Positions 33,309-44,669 are shown, counted from the stretch's first letter. The stretch: DNA of 64,000 nt from Lacipirellulaceae bacterium (GCA_044867485.1 JBIOVA010000218.1:16462-80461); one strand, 5' to 3'. Notes: a model not told the origin generated them from the sequence alone. Made by a program: numbers and translations.

Positions 33309-33356
33309 TGTCCGCGAAATGTCCGGTATTGTCCGTGAGCGGGTCGATTCTGTCCG
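33309..33356 (+). repeat. Helically phased TGTCCG direct repeats
   Basis: TGTCCG at 33309, 33320, 33330 and 33351 (spacings 11, 10, 21), plus an inverted copy CGGACA at 33232-33237. Confidence 0.6.
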
Positions 33357-33525
33357 CGTGGGGGCCGTGACTGGTCGGGTGACGACCGTTTGGCGGCTGG
33401 GAGCCGCGCGTCGCGCGCCGTCTGCGGCTGGGGGCGGTTGAAGCCATCGTCAGACCTCCGATTTGGGAACTGCGCACGATCATCGAGGCCGAGCGGATTC
33501 GACTCCGCAACCCGAGATGCGCTCG

Positions 33526-33554
33526 ATTATATATACCTATGTATAGTATATCCA
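33526..33554 (-). promoter_or_regulatory. sigma70-like promoter with a perfect palindromic box in the spacer
   Basis: Minus strand TGGATA-17 nt-TATAAT. TATAC-CTAT-GTATA (33532-33545) lies in the spacer. A GGAGG SD (33455-33459) and ATG (33447) follow downstream. Confidence 0.65.
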
Positions 33555-33832
33555 GAAGCGCGGCCAAAATTCCAGAGGGCGGGCTGGGCAGAATCGCGAA
33601 GACGATGTCGAGGCAGATTGGCGCGAGCCGTCGGAAGTCGACGCGATCGACGCGCTGTGCCCGTCTGGCGGGCCATAGCAGTCGCTCCCACGAGGATCTT
33701 GGGGTGTTTACCCCAGTTATGCGCACGCGCGCGAGATCGTGATCGCCGGTTGCCCGTGCACGGAACGCATTACGCCATTCGCGACATTCCAACGAGCCAG
33801 CATGCAAGCGACAATTGCGAGATTGTGAATCG

Positions 33833-33861
33833 TTGACATTGTGCAGCGGCATTTCTAAATT
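33833..33861 (+). promoter_or_regulatory. sigma70 promoter for the patatin gene
   Basis: TTGACA-17 nt-TAAATT, 176 nt before ATG 34038. Confidence 0.6.
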
Positions 33862-34037
33862 AACAGTCGCTCAACTCGCAACGACGCCGCCGCCCGCAAT
33901 TCACGTCTCCGCGACTCGGCGATTGCATCCCGCCGCACACGCTTCTCGACGCTGCCGTCGCGCCTGACGCCTCTCATCGTCTCGATTCGCGCCACGCCCT
34001 GCGTGAATCTGTCTCGTAATGCGCATAGGATGCTGAC

Positions 34038-37000
34038 ATGCCACGCGATCGCGACAACAGTAGCGCGGACCCAACGAACTCCGACGCCGCGATTCCTGAC
34101 GACGTTCTACAAAAGGAGCACGAGGCGATTCGCGAGCGGCGACAACGCGCGATGTCCGGTGCAAAGGGCGAGTCCCAATCGCTCGACGACCTGTGCGGAT
34201 TGGCCCTGTCCGGGGGCGGAGTGCGATCGGCCGCCATGTCCTTGGGGTTTCTCGAGGAGGTCCGCCGCCGTGGCCTGTTAAAGTTTGTCGACTACCTATC
34301 AACCGTTTCGGGCGGCGGTTATGCGGGCGCTTACCTCTCCTCCGCGGTCATTGCCGGCAAGGATCTGAAGGCGCCTGGCGAAGAGGGCGCCCCCGGCGAC
34401 CAACGCCAGGCCGCCGCTGCGGACGCGCGTGACGATGAAGGACGACTCGAGCAGCGCATCTTGCGATTCATTCACCGCGGCCACTATCTGCGCAGGACGT
34501 GGGTCTTCTTCAACCGCTATCTCATCGGCTTGCTGCTGATTTGGACCGTGCTGCTCAGCGGTCTGTTTGCGATGGCCGCCGCCGCCGCTCTCCTGTTTCG
34601 CTGCCTCGATTACCCCGTGGTGCGCACGGGTCTGGAGGCCCTCGGCTTCAAGGGCGATGTCTGGCTCGCCTTATTTCCAAGCTTTGTGCTGCTCGTGTGC
34701 TGGGCAATCGCCTGGACGTTGTCCTATCTCAAGTTCGGACCGCGCGCCAAAGGAAACGTCGCGCGTTGGTTGTTCTACTCCTTGGTTTGCGTCACGCTCA
34801 TCGCCGTCGCGGCATTGATTGGGAATGGCGACGTCGCACTCTCGGCGAATAGTGGCAGCGTTTCAGGCGAGACGGGACGAACGCTTTACGCCGCCATTCT
34901 CTCCGCGCTCGCCGCCAGTATGTTGCCCTATCTGGCGCCAAAGAAACTTTTGCGCAGCGGCTTGTCGCCCCGCAGCGTCATCGAGAAATATGCCTTTTGG
35001 GCGGCCACCCGGGTTGCGGCGTTTGGAATTCCTTTTGCCGCAATTGCGTTTTTCACGCGGGAGAACATCTCGCACTGGAACGAGCGCCGCGACGACTCGC
35101 TGACCCGCATGGAAATCGGCGACACGACGCCCGCCAATCCCATGTGGCGGGAACTTCTGACAAAAGAGGGGCCCCAGCCTCCGCCGGGGTACGGCCATCT
35201 TTGGTCGACTGATGAGGAGAGCCGAAGCACTGCAAAGTTGCTTTTCAAGGAGTTGGCGAAGACGAGCAACGAGGTGGCGCTCGCCCAATCCGACGCCGAC
35301 AAACTTGAAACCATGAGCCAAGAGGAGGAGGGCTCGCGCAAGTCGCTCGACGGCGAGGCGCCTTCGGACGACCCGCTCAGCCCCGCCTACGAGCACGTGG
35401 CGGCGGCGCGCACCCTGCAAGAAGTCGAATTGTCATTTCTCGGCCGCTGTACGCGGCTGGCCACGTTTCTCTTCGACCTGGCCACCATCAATCCCGATGC
35501 GGCGAAGCGAAATCAGTTCTTCGTCGAATGGAATTCGCGTTTCCGGTTGCTTCAGCTTCAGGATCGACTGGCCCATCAGCTGAGCGAGCAAATGAGGGAT
35601 GCAGACTTCCATACGAGATTGTGGCCTTACACAAACACGAAGGACACGGATTCTGAGAACCAAGTCGTGATGCGGCGCGAGTTCGACGCCGTGTACCATC
35701 AGGTGGATCGAGGCGCTCTGAAGCCGACTCGGTTGCCGTTCGACAAACCCGATGAAGCGTTCGAGAAGTGGAAAGCGGAATTGTGTCGCCTCGCAGCGGA
35801 GGCAAACGAGCTGGATGCCAACCAGGCCTATTGGGACCAGCCGCCGGCGGACGCGGCGCGGCCCGACGAGACCGACGCCGAGTTGGTCGAGGCCGTGGCG
35901 GACGACCGATTCGACCAAACCATTGTCAGCATGAATCGGCGCCTGCTGGAAGCGTACTTCGGCGGCCGCATCGAGCCCAAGTCCACGATCTATTCCGCCA
36001 ACGTCCTGCACGAAGATCAATGGACCAGGCTCCGGTGGTTCCTGTGGTCCGGCGGCATCTTTCTCGTCGCCTCGTTGTGCGTCGATCTCAACGCCACGTC
36101 GCTGCACGGCTTCTACAGCGCGCAAGTCGGGCAAGCGTGGATTGACGTGAATTCGTCGTTCGGCGCCAACATTCCCCTGGCGCAGTTGCAAACGACCGAA
36201 CGAGGTTGGCCTTACCAGTTGATCAACGGCACAGTGCAACTGCTCGAGCTTGGCAATCATAAGCGACTGCTTGACCAGGAGAACTTTCTGTTCTCGCAAC
36301 TTTACTGCGGATGCAAATCGCTCTCCTTCGCGCCGACCTGGGAGTACATGGACGGCGAGTACGAGCTTGACGATGCCATTGCCGTCTCCGGAGCCGCGAT
36401 CTCGCCCACATTGACGAAGAATCCGCTGATTCTTGTCCTGCTGACGCTCGCCAATATGCGGTTGGGGCAATGGGTCGACAACCCCGGTTACAAGCGGCGT
36501 CGACGCTCCGAGGCGTTTTCCGCTTTTGGCCGCTGGCCGGTCACGCCCATGCGCGCGCTCGTCAATGTGCTCCGTCCCTTTGAGAAGCGGCGCATGTGCT
36601 TCGTCACGGACGGCGGGCACTACGAGAATCTCGGCATCGAGTCGCTCCTGTTGCGTCGCTGCCGCTTGATCGTCGCGCTCGACGCCAGCCAAGACGGCAA
36701 TTTTTCGTACGTCGACTTCACCAATCTTGTACGGCGCATGCGGACGATGCACGGGATTCGCATCACCTCCCGCGGCGCTGGCGCCGGCCCGATGAGGCTC
36801 GACGAGATCACTTCCGCGGGGGCCCGCGGCGCGGACCTTGATCAGGTCGACAAGCCCGTCGGCCTGTTCAAGAGCACGCCGCCTAAGCCTGGCGACGTCG
36901 AGGCCGCGTACAGGCGGCGCATCTCCCCAAGCCACTTCACGGTTCTGCGCATCGACTACGGCAAAGACGCTCAGGGCAATCCCTATCCCGAGGGCTGCCT

Positions 37001-37850
37001 CGTCTACGCCAAGTCCACGCTCACCGGCGACGAGCCGTTTGACCTCACGGAATTCGCCAGACGCGAACCGAACTTCCCGCACGATGAAACCGCCGACCAG
37101 TTTTACGATCCGAGCCGCTTTGAATCCTATCGTCAGCTCGGTTTTCACATCGGCATGAAGGTGTGCGATCTCTTCGCGCCGGCGAGGGACGCCGCGGCGG
37201 ACGCGGCCAGCGCCAAGGTGCTCGCCGAACGGGCGCTTTCCCCTCGACAAGAAGCAACTGACGCGTCGCCGTCCAAAGCCCCGGCCGAAGTGGCGCCCAC
37301 GGCGGCGCCAAGCGAAGGGGGCGATCTCCAGTCCGAACTGGCCGAAGTCGCCCGGCTGCTGGACGCCAACGATCTGAAAGGCGCCCTCGCCGCCATGGAG
37401 AAGGTCTTCGAGCGCGGCCCTGCCCTGTTCGCCGAGATGCCCGCGATTCTCGAGCTGACAAGCCGCTTCACGTCCGACGCGTACAGCCCCCACGCGGCTC
37501 TGCTTGAACTGCTGTGCAGCGATCCGCGCGAAGCCGTCGCCGCATTGCGCAGCGTTCTCACGAGCCGCCAGGGATTGAACCGGCGCGCGTGCATCGACGC
37601 CGTGCGCTTCCTCGCCGACTTGTGGCAGCATTGCGACGACGCATCAACCGTGGAAATCGCCTACGTGCTCAAGGAGCAGCTCGACGTCGCCGCCCCGGCG
37701 AGCGTCGTCGTCGCCGCGTTGACCGCCTTGGCGCGCGTGGCGCATGACGACCCCGAGGCGCGCGCCAAGGCCCAGACGCTGGTCGACCACGACCCACGGA
37801 AGGCCGTTGTCCGCGCCGCGAAGAGGTTTCTCCAGCCGCCAAAGGAATGA
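34038..37850 (+). CDS. Large polytopic membrane patatin/cPLA2-like phospholipase with a HEAT-like C-terminal domain
   Basis: GLALSGGGVRSA, YLSTVSGGG and TDGGHYENLG catalytic motifs, with multiple TM helices between the N- and C-terminal motifs. NFPHDETADQFY..FESYRQLG, then a helical repeat tail. Confidence 0.85.
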   Translation: MPRDRDNSSADPTNSDAAIPDDVLQKEHEAIRERRQRAMSGAKGESQSLDDLCGLALSGGGVRSAAMSLGFLEEVRRRGLLKFVDYLSTVSGGGYAGAYLSSAVIAGKDLKAPGEEGAPGDQRQAAAADARDDEGRLEQRILRFIHRGHYLRRTWVFFNRYLIGLLLIWTVLLSGLFAMAAAAALLFRCLDYPVVRTGLEALGFKGDVWLALFPSFVLLVCWAIAWTLSYLKFGPRAKGNVARWLFYSLVCVTLIAVAALIGNGDVALSANSGSVSGETGRTLYAAILSALAASMLPYLAPKKLLRSGLSPRSVIEKYAFWAATRVAAFGIPFAAIAFFTRENISHWNERRDDSLTRMEIGDTTPANPMWRELLTKEGPQPPPGYGHLWSTDEESRSTAKLLFKELAKTSNEVALAQSDADKLETMSQEEEGSRKSLDGEAPSDDPLSPAYEHVAAARTLQEVELSFLGRCTRLATFLFDLATINPDAAKRNQFFVEWNSRFRLLQLQDRLAHQLSEQMRDADFHTRLWPYTNTKDTDSENQVVMRREFDAVYHQVDRGALKPTRLPFDKPDEAFEKWKAELCRLAAEANELDANQAYWDQPPADAARPDETDAELVEAVADDRFDQTIVSMNRRLLEAYFGGRIEPKSTIYSANVLHEDQWTRLRWFLWSGGIFLVASLCVDLNATSLHGFYSAQVGQAWIDVNSSFGANIPLAQLQTTERGWPYQLINGTVQLLELGNHKRLLDQENFLFSQLYCGCKSLSFAPTWEYMDGEYELDDAIAVSGAAISPTLTKNPLILVLLTLANMRLGQWVDNPGYKRRRRSEAFSAFGRWPVTPMRALVNVLRPFEKRRMCFVTDGGHYENLGIESLLLRRCRLIVALDASQDGNFSYVDFTNLVRRMRTMHGIRITSRGAGAGPMRLDEITSAGARGADLDQVDKPVGLFKSTPPKPGDVEAAYRRRISPSHFTVLRIDYGKDAQGNPYPEGCLVYAKSTLTGDEPFDLTEFARREPNFPHDETADQFYDPSRFESYRQLGFHIGMKVCDLFAPARDAAADAASAKVLAERALSPRQEATDASPSKAPAEVAPTAAPSEGGDLQSELAEVARLLDANDLKGALAAMEKVFERGPALFAEMPAILELTSRFTSDAYSPHAALLELLCSDPREAVAALRSVLTSRQGLNRRACIDAVRFLADLWQHCDDASTVEIAYVLKEQLDVAAPASVVVAALTALARVAHDDPEARAKAQTLVDHDPRKAVVRAAKRFLQPPKE

Positions 37851-38190
37851 GGGCGGCCGTGGAGTGAATTCAGCGATCGAATAGTCCGCCCTTCAACGCG
37901 CTGGCTCAGCCTCGGGAACTTTCCACACGCCGTCCAGAATCTCCGCGCGCGGGCGGCGAGTGGCATGGCCTCGGAGATCCGCCGACGTGGCCATGTTGCG
38001 AGGCGTTGGGCTTGCGAAGACATGCCCACGCGGGCGTGGACATGGCACACGAACAGGGCTTGGACCGACGCTCCTGCCTTCGGCGGCGGACCACCGAGGG
38101 CATGGCATGCGACGTTGCGTCGGAGCCTCCTGTGGCTTCGCCACCTCGGTAGGCGAGGACGCCAACCGAGGCCACCCGCGAGCCGGCCGC

Positions 38191-40524
38191 TTACTTCAAG
38201 GCAAACTCAATCTTCTCGATCTTGCCCGTGAACGCGAAGTCGCCTTTGTCCTTGTAGGCCGGGACGATCGCGGTGATCGAGTCGCGGCCGACTTCGAATG
38301 GCTCGAGCCCGCCGCTGCGGAAGCTGACGCGCTTGATCTGGCCTTCGCCGGCGGGCTGGCCGTTGACGAACATGCGGAGCGTGCCGCCTTTGTCCATCGG
38401 GCCGACGGCGTCGTATTCGGTCTTGAGGGTGACCTTGCCCCGGGGGAGCTCCACCGTGCCGTCGATTTGCGAATTGGCCAAATCGAAGAAGATGTAGGTG
38501 AAATGGGGCTTGCCGTCCTGGATGTAGAGCGACCAGCCCACGGAGTATCCGCCACAGGCGGCGATGACGCCTTCGGCGCCTTTCTCGGGCACGTCCAGCT
38601 CGGCCGTGATCGTGTGCGAGGGCGGGAAGATCAGCGGGCTGACCGGCTCGGGGAGGCGAACCTTGTTGCCGTAGTAGGTCCAACTTCTGCGCGGCGTTCC
38701 GGCGATGCGGTTGCGCGGGTCCATGCGCTCCGTCATCCGCGGATCGAGGGGGAGCACGTCGTACTTCTTCGCCTCGACGAGGAATTGCGCTTGCAGCTCT
38801 TTGAGCTTCTGCGGTTCTTGGGCCGCGAGGTCGTCGGCCTGGCTGAAGTCGGCGTTGATGTGGTACAGCTCCCACGGCGCCTGGAGGAAGTCGCCCTCTT
38901 TGCCTGCGGTCGTCCACGGCACGCCGAAGCGACTGCAGGCGATCCAGCCATCGTGGTAGATCTCGCGATTGGTCATCATCTCGAAGTACTGCGTGGTGCG
39001 GCGGCTCTTGGCGGCGCCATCGTCGAAGCTGTAGAGCATGCTGACGCCTTCGATGGGCTTTTGCGGGATGCCGTCGACTTCCTGGGGCTCGGCGATCTGG
39101 CACGCTTCGAGGATCGTCGGGACCACGTCGATCACGTGATGAAACTGCGAACGCAGCTCGCCCTTGGCCTTGATGCCCTGGGGCCAGTGAACCACCATCG
39201 GGTTGCGCGTGCCGCCCAGGTGCGACGCGACTTGTTTGTTCCATTGGAACGGCGCGTCCATCGCCCAGGCCCAGGCAACGGGGACGTGCGGCTCGCTCGT
39301 GGGTCCGCCGATTTCATCGATCCGCTTCATGGTGCTCTCCAGCCCTAGTTGCACGCCGAGCAGGCTGGCGAGTTCGCTGAAGGTGCCTTCGAGTCCGCCT
39401 TCGGCGCTCGCGCCGTTGTCGCCCACGACGTAGAAGATGAGTGTGTTGTCGAGCTCGCCCGAAGCGGCGAGGCTGTCGATGAGCCGGCCGACGTGATGAT
39501 CGGTGTGCGCTATGTAGCCGGCGTAGTTCTCCATCAGCCGTTGGTACACTTGCTTGGCTTCGGCCGACTGCTCGTCCCAGGCGGGAATTTCCTTGGGCCG
39601 GGGGGTGAGCTTCGCGTCGGCGGGGACGACGCCAAGCTCCTTTTGTTTTGCGAAGGTGAGCTCGCGCTGGCGGTCCCAGCCGTGGTCGAACTTGCCGGTG
39701 AATTTTTCACGCCACTCCTTGGGGACCTGGTGCGGTGCATGGACGGCGCCGGTCGAGAAATATACGAACCACGGCTTGTCCGGATCGGCGGCCCGGACGT
39801 TGCTCGTCCAGGCGATCGTCTCGTCCGTCATGTCCTCGGTGAAGTGGTAGCCCTCTTCGGGAGTCTTCGGCGGGGTGGCGGGCGTCGTGTTGCGGTAGAG
39901 CGTGGGATGGTACTGGTCGGCCTCGCCCTGGTTGAAGCCGTAGAAGTATTCGAACCCGAGGCCCGTCGGCCAGCGATCGAATGGGCCGGAGGGGCTGATT
40001 TCGGTCTCCGGCGTGTTGTGCCACTTGCCGAACATGGCGGTGGCGTAGCCGTTGTCGTGCAGGATTTTCGGCACGAGCGCGCAGCTCCGCGGGATGATGC
40101 CGGTGTAGCCGGGATAGCCCGTGCCCATTTCGATGATCACGCCGGTGCCGCAGGAATGATGATTGCGGCCGGCGAGCAGCGCGGCGCGTGTCGGCGAGCA
40201 GAGCGCTGTGGTGTGGAAGTGGTTGTATTTGAGACCGCCGGCGGCGAGCTTGTCGAGATTCGGCGTGGGGACCGGCCCGCCGAACGCGCCCGCCATGCCG
40301 AAGCCGACGTCGTCGAGCAGGATGATGAGGACGTTGGGGCTGCCCTGGGGCGCCTTGACCGGTTGCGGGTAGCTGGGCGTGGAGTCCTTGAAGGTTTGGC
40401 TGATTTTGCCCGCAAAGGCGGGATCGGATTTCGGCAGGGCGTCGGCGGCGCGAGCCAATTGCGTGCAAACGGTTGCTAACGTCAAGAACAGTGCAAGGCG
40501 ATGGCTGAGCGCTCGATTCATCAC
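38191..40524 (-). CDS. Secreted Cys-type arylsulfatase (CSPTR) with a C-terminal beta-sandwich
   Basis: PNVLIILLDD, HTTALCSPTRAALLAGRNHH, GKWH, GDNG, HHVIDV. Confidence 0.93.
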   Translation of the reverse strand: MMNRALSHRLALFLTLATVCTQLARAADALPKSDPAFAGKISQTFKDSTPSYPQPVKAPQGSPNVLIILLDDVGFGMAGAFGGPVPTPNLDKLAAGGLKYNHFHTTALCSPTRAALLAGRNHHSCGTGVIIEMGTGYPGYTGIIPRSCALVPKILHDNGYATAMFGKWHNTPETEISPSGPFDRWPTGLGFEYFYGFNQGEADQYHPTLYRNTTPATPPKTPEEGYHFTEDMTDETIAWTSNVRAADPDKPWFVYFSTGAVHAPHQVPKEWREKFTGKFDHGWDRQRELTFAKQKELGVVPADAKLTPRPKEIPAWDEQSAEAKQVYQRLMENYAGYIAHTDHHVGRLIDSLAASGELDNTLIFYVVGDNGASAEGGLEGTFSELASLLGVQLGLESTMKRIDEIGGPTSEPHVPVAWAWAMDAPFQWNKQVASHLGGTRNPMVVHWPQGIKAKGELRSQFHHVIDVVPTILEACQIAEPQEVDGIPQKPIEGVSMLYSFDDGAAKSRRTTQYFEMMTNREIYHDGWIACSRFGVPWTTAGKEGDFLQAPWELYHINADFSQADDLAAQEPQKLKELQAQFLVEAKKYDVLPLDPRMTERMDPRNRIAGTPRRSWTYYGNKVRLPEPVSPLIFPPSHTITAELDVPEKGAEGVIAACGGYSVGWSLYIQDGKPHFTYIFFDLANSQIDGTVELPRGKVTLKTEYDAVGPMDKGGTLRMFVNGQPAGEGQIKRVSFRSGGLEPFEVGRDSITAIVPAYKDKGDFAFTGKIEKIEFALK

Positions 40525-40577
40525 TGGCCTCCCTATTCAACTCGAAGAGATTGCATGCGGGGAGCTGAACGCGGCTT

Positions 40578-40613
40578 CCCCTCACGAGCGGCCCTCTCCC
40601 GGAGGGAGAGGGG
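40578..40613. repeat. Family B hairpin repeat
   Basis: CCCCTCAC.. leader followed by a perfect CCCTCTCCC-GGA-GGGAGAGGG hairpin (40592-40612). Confidence 0.7.
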
Positions 40614-40647
40614 CATCACTCAACGCACATTACCGCCGGTGGCGCCG

Positions 40648-42230
40648 CTATTGGCTGAACGGATTGGGCTCCGCAGCGCCGGCCGCGTCGCCATTGTCGC
40701 CGCCGGCCGCCGCGCCGCCCGGTGGGTCGAGCCGCACGAGCAGATAGTTTTCCGTTTTGTCGGGGCCGAAGTGCACCAGCACCGGCGTCTGCTGCTGCGT
40801 GAGGTTGTAGATGCCGGTCTCCATGACGACGTCGGACTTGTCGCCGATTGTGAACGCCACGCGCTGGGTCTGCTTGTCGACCTGACCCTGGACGACGTAC
40901 GACTGGTTGGTCGAGCTGTTGTGCATCGTGCCGCTGATGATGCCTTGGCGATCGACGGCCAACTGCAGCACGCGCGTGGTGCTCGAATCCTGCGGGCTTG
41001 TTTCCACGGCGAACGTTCCCAGCGCCATCCAGTCGTTATCGGCGGGGGTCGACGCCGCGGCTTGTGGATCGACGGTCGCGAGGTTCGCGGCAGAGGCGGC
41101 GTAGTCGGCCGCCGAGCCCACGTCCTGGCCGTTCACGTAGACATTTTGATCTTGATAGACGACATTGCCGCCGTCGCCGTAGTCGTAGTAGACCGGCGCC
41201 GCCCAGCCCCAGGCGGGGAACCACGTGGCGAACGCCCCCCACGCGGGCGTGCCCCACCAGTAGGCCCAGCCGTGGTTGTGCCAATCGTGGTGGTAGTACC
41301 ACGGTGCGAGGTTCGGGTGATCCTTGCTCCACCAGTCGCTGCCGGGGATCTTGGCGGCGTCGCTGGCGAGCGGATGGTTCGTGCCGTCCCACTGCTGGCG
41401 AACCTGATCGCCGCGATCCTGCCATTGCTGGGCTCGCTCCGGGTGTGCGTCGAGCCAGTTCTGCGCCGCACCGGCGCGACCGTCGGGAAACAGGCCCGAG
41501 TTCGCGATGCGGTTGCCGACGTCACCGCCGGCCAGGCCGCCGGCCGCGCCCGACGCGGGATTCAACCACGAGGGGCGATTGCCGGCGAAGCCTGCGGCCC
41601 ACGGCGCTGCGCCGCCGCCAGCGTTGGGAAGACGCGACAGCGCTCCCGCTGCAGCGCCGCCGCCTGCCGCTTGATCGAGCCACGCGGGACGAACGGGACC
41701 GCCACCGCCGGCGAGCGGACCGCCGCCCGCGGGAAGTCCGAGGAAATTGCCAAGCTGCGACGCGGAGGCGCCCGCGCCGCCTGCGCGCGGAAAAGCACCG
41801 CCGGCGATCGATGGGAACCCGGGGATGCCGCCGTGGTCGAGCGCTCCGCCGCCAAGGCCGCTGAACCCTGCGCCGCCGACGCCGGCTGCACCCGCTCCGG
41901 GTCCGCCGCGGGGGAAGCTGCCGAGCCCCAGGCTGCCAAAGCCGCCGGCGCCGATCCCGGCGCCGCCGATCCCGCCTGCGAACCCGCCGCCGCCCAGTCC
42001 TCCCGGGAGCGACAGCCCGCCGAGACTCGGGCCGCGCATGCCGCCGCCGAATCCGCCCAGGCTGGGGCCGGCGCCACCGCCGAACCCGCCGCGGCCGCCG
42101 GCCATGCCGCCGCCCCCTCGGCCGCCGCCTCCACCGTGAAACCCGACGGCCAAGCAGGGCGACGCCTGCCACGTGAGCGCGGCCGCCATGACAACCAGCG
42201 CACAAACTCGGCGAACTTGGTGTGTCGTTC

Positions 42231-42234
<4 letters not shown>
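40648..42234 (-). CDS. Exported protein: long Gly-rich low-complexity region + Trp/Tyr-rich segment + C-terminal globular domain
   Basis: Signal peptide MRTTHQVRRVCALVVMAAALTWQASPCLA, >200 aa of GGF/GGA/GGP repeats, WYYHHDWHNHGWAYWW, VYYDYGDGGNVVYQ, LQLAVDRQGIISGT. ATG overlaps the upstream TGA. Confidence 0.8.
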
Positions 42235-43349
<1,115 letters not shown>

Positions 43350-43398
43350 CACGAATGCCTCCCATCGGCCCGAATGGCCGGAATCGACAGTGAGAGAA

Positions 43399-44394
43399 CT
43401 ACTGCGGAAAAATCGTCTTCCAATCCTTCGCCATGTCCACCACGACCCAGCCGCGCGCTGCGGCTTCATCGAGCCCGCGGGCCAGTTGCCCGACGTGCGA
43501 TTTGCGGTCGTAGGCGTATTCGCGCTCGGCGTCGGTGTGGTGGACGAAGAGGCCGAGCCGGCGTCCGGGAGGACCCGGCTCGCTGGAGGTGGTCCAGACC
43601 AGCATTTCGTAGTCGCCGTCGGAGTTGCCGAAGGCGAAGATCGGCTTGCGGCCGATGGCGTGGGCGATGCCCACGGGCTTCCCCGCCTTGTCGTCGAGGA
43701 ACCCTAGCTCCGGCAGCCGCATGATGATCGGTTTGCCGTCACGCAACTCGTACCGCGTGGCGATCCAACTGCCGATGACCTGCTCCTGCGGAATGCCGTA
43801 CACGCGCTCGGTCCAGGGTCGCATGAACTCGGTTCCGCCGCCGGAGACGATGAAGGTCTTGAACCCGTGAGCCCGCAGGTAGGCGAGCACTTCGAGCATC
43901 GGCTGATAGACCAGCTCGGTATACGGCCGGTGGAATCGCGGATGGCGGGCTTTGGCGAGCCAGTCGGCGGCGATCTTCTCGAACTCGTCGATCGTCATGC
44001 CGGCGTGCGTGGCGGTCATCAGCTCGTTCATGGCCTTGGCGCCGCCGGCGAACGCCAGCTCGGGATGGCCCTCGAGAATCGACTTGAACGGCTCGGTGGT
44101 CTTCCACTCGGGGTGCTGGGCGGCCAGCTCCTTGACGCGGTCGAGCACGAATGCGAACTGCACGTACATCGGCTGCTCGCACCACAGCGTGCCGTCGTTG
44201 TCGAACACGGCGATCCGCTCGGGCAGGGGGACGAAGTCGGCTCCGCCTTCGGTCGTGACCTTCGTCACGAAGGCGACGATTGCGGTCTTGTGCGGGCCCT
44301 CGTTCCACGAGGGGAGCGGGTCCTGCGCGCGCACGACTGCACGGCTTGCCAGTGCGAGGGCCAGCAGAACAAAGACGACGCGGCGCGCAGTCAT
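43399..44394 (-). CDS. Exported HAD-superfamily hydrolase (non-specific acid phosphatase type)
   Basis: Signal peptide, PLPSWN, AVFDNDGTLWCEQP (DxD), IVSGGG, FGNSDGD. Confidence 0.88.
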   Translation of the reverse strand: MTARRVVFVLLALALASRAVVRAQDPLPSWNEGPHKTAIVAFVTKVTTEGGADFVPLPERIAVFDNDGTLWCEQPMYVQFAFVLDRVKELAAQHPEWKTTEPFKSILEGHPELAFAGGAKAMNELMTATHAGMTIDEFEKIAADWLAKARHPRFHRPYTELVYQPMLEVLAYLRAHGFKTFIVSGGGTEFMRPWTERVYGIPQEQVIGSWIATRYELRDGKPIIMRLPELGFLDDKAGKPVGIAHAIGRKPIFAFGNSDGDYEMLVWTTSSEPGPPGRRLGLFVHHTDAEREYAYDRKSHVGQLARGLDEAAARGWVVVDMAKDWKTIFPQ

Positions 44395-44450
44395 GACTCG
44401 ATCCCCCTTAAGACCGAATTGTCCGTCGGCGTACGGACGCCGAGGGACGC

Positions 44451-44669
44451 CTACTCCGCCGCCGCGGGCACTTGCAGACCCGGGTCGGCGTCGCCGGGCT
44501 CGTCCGATTCATCGAGCGTCAGCACATAGGTCGCAATGCCCGCCAGCATCACGAGCACCACGACCCACGCGCGCCAGTCTTTGTGCAGTCCGGGACTGTG
44601 CAGGCCGCCGGGGTGGGTCGCGTGGTCGTGCTGATGGCCGCTGGCATGCTCGTTGTGGTGTTTCGACAT
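44451..44669 (-). CDS. Small His-rich single-TM membrane protein
   Basis: 72 aa: His-rich N-terminus, one TM helix (WRAWVVVLVMLAGIATYVL), acidic tail. Same strand as the operon. Confidence 0.6.
   Translation of the reverse strand: MSKHHNEHASGHQHDHATHPGGLHSPGLHKDWRAWVVVLVMLAGIATYVLTLDESDEPGDADPGLQVPAAAE

Noticed and set aside
33493-33508. GCGGATTCGACTCCGC resembles a tRNA/tmRNA T-arm (possible att remnant)
   Set aside because: Loop geometry is non-canonical (no G53-C61 pair around a 7-nt loop), there is no acceptor stem or CCA, and no integrase is nearby.
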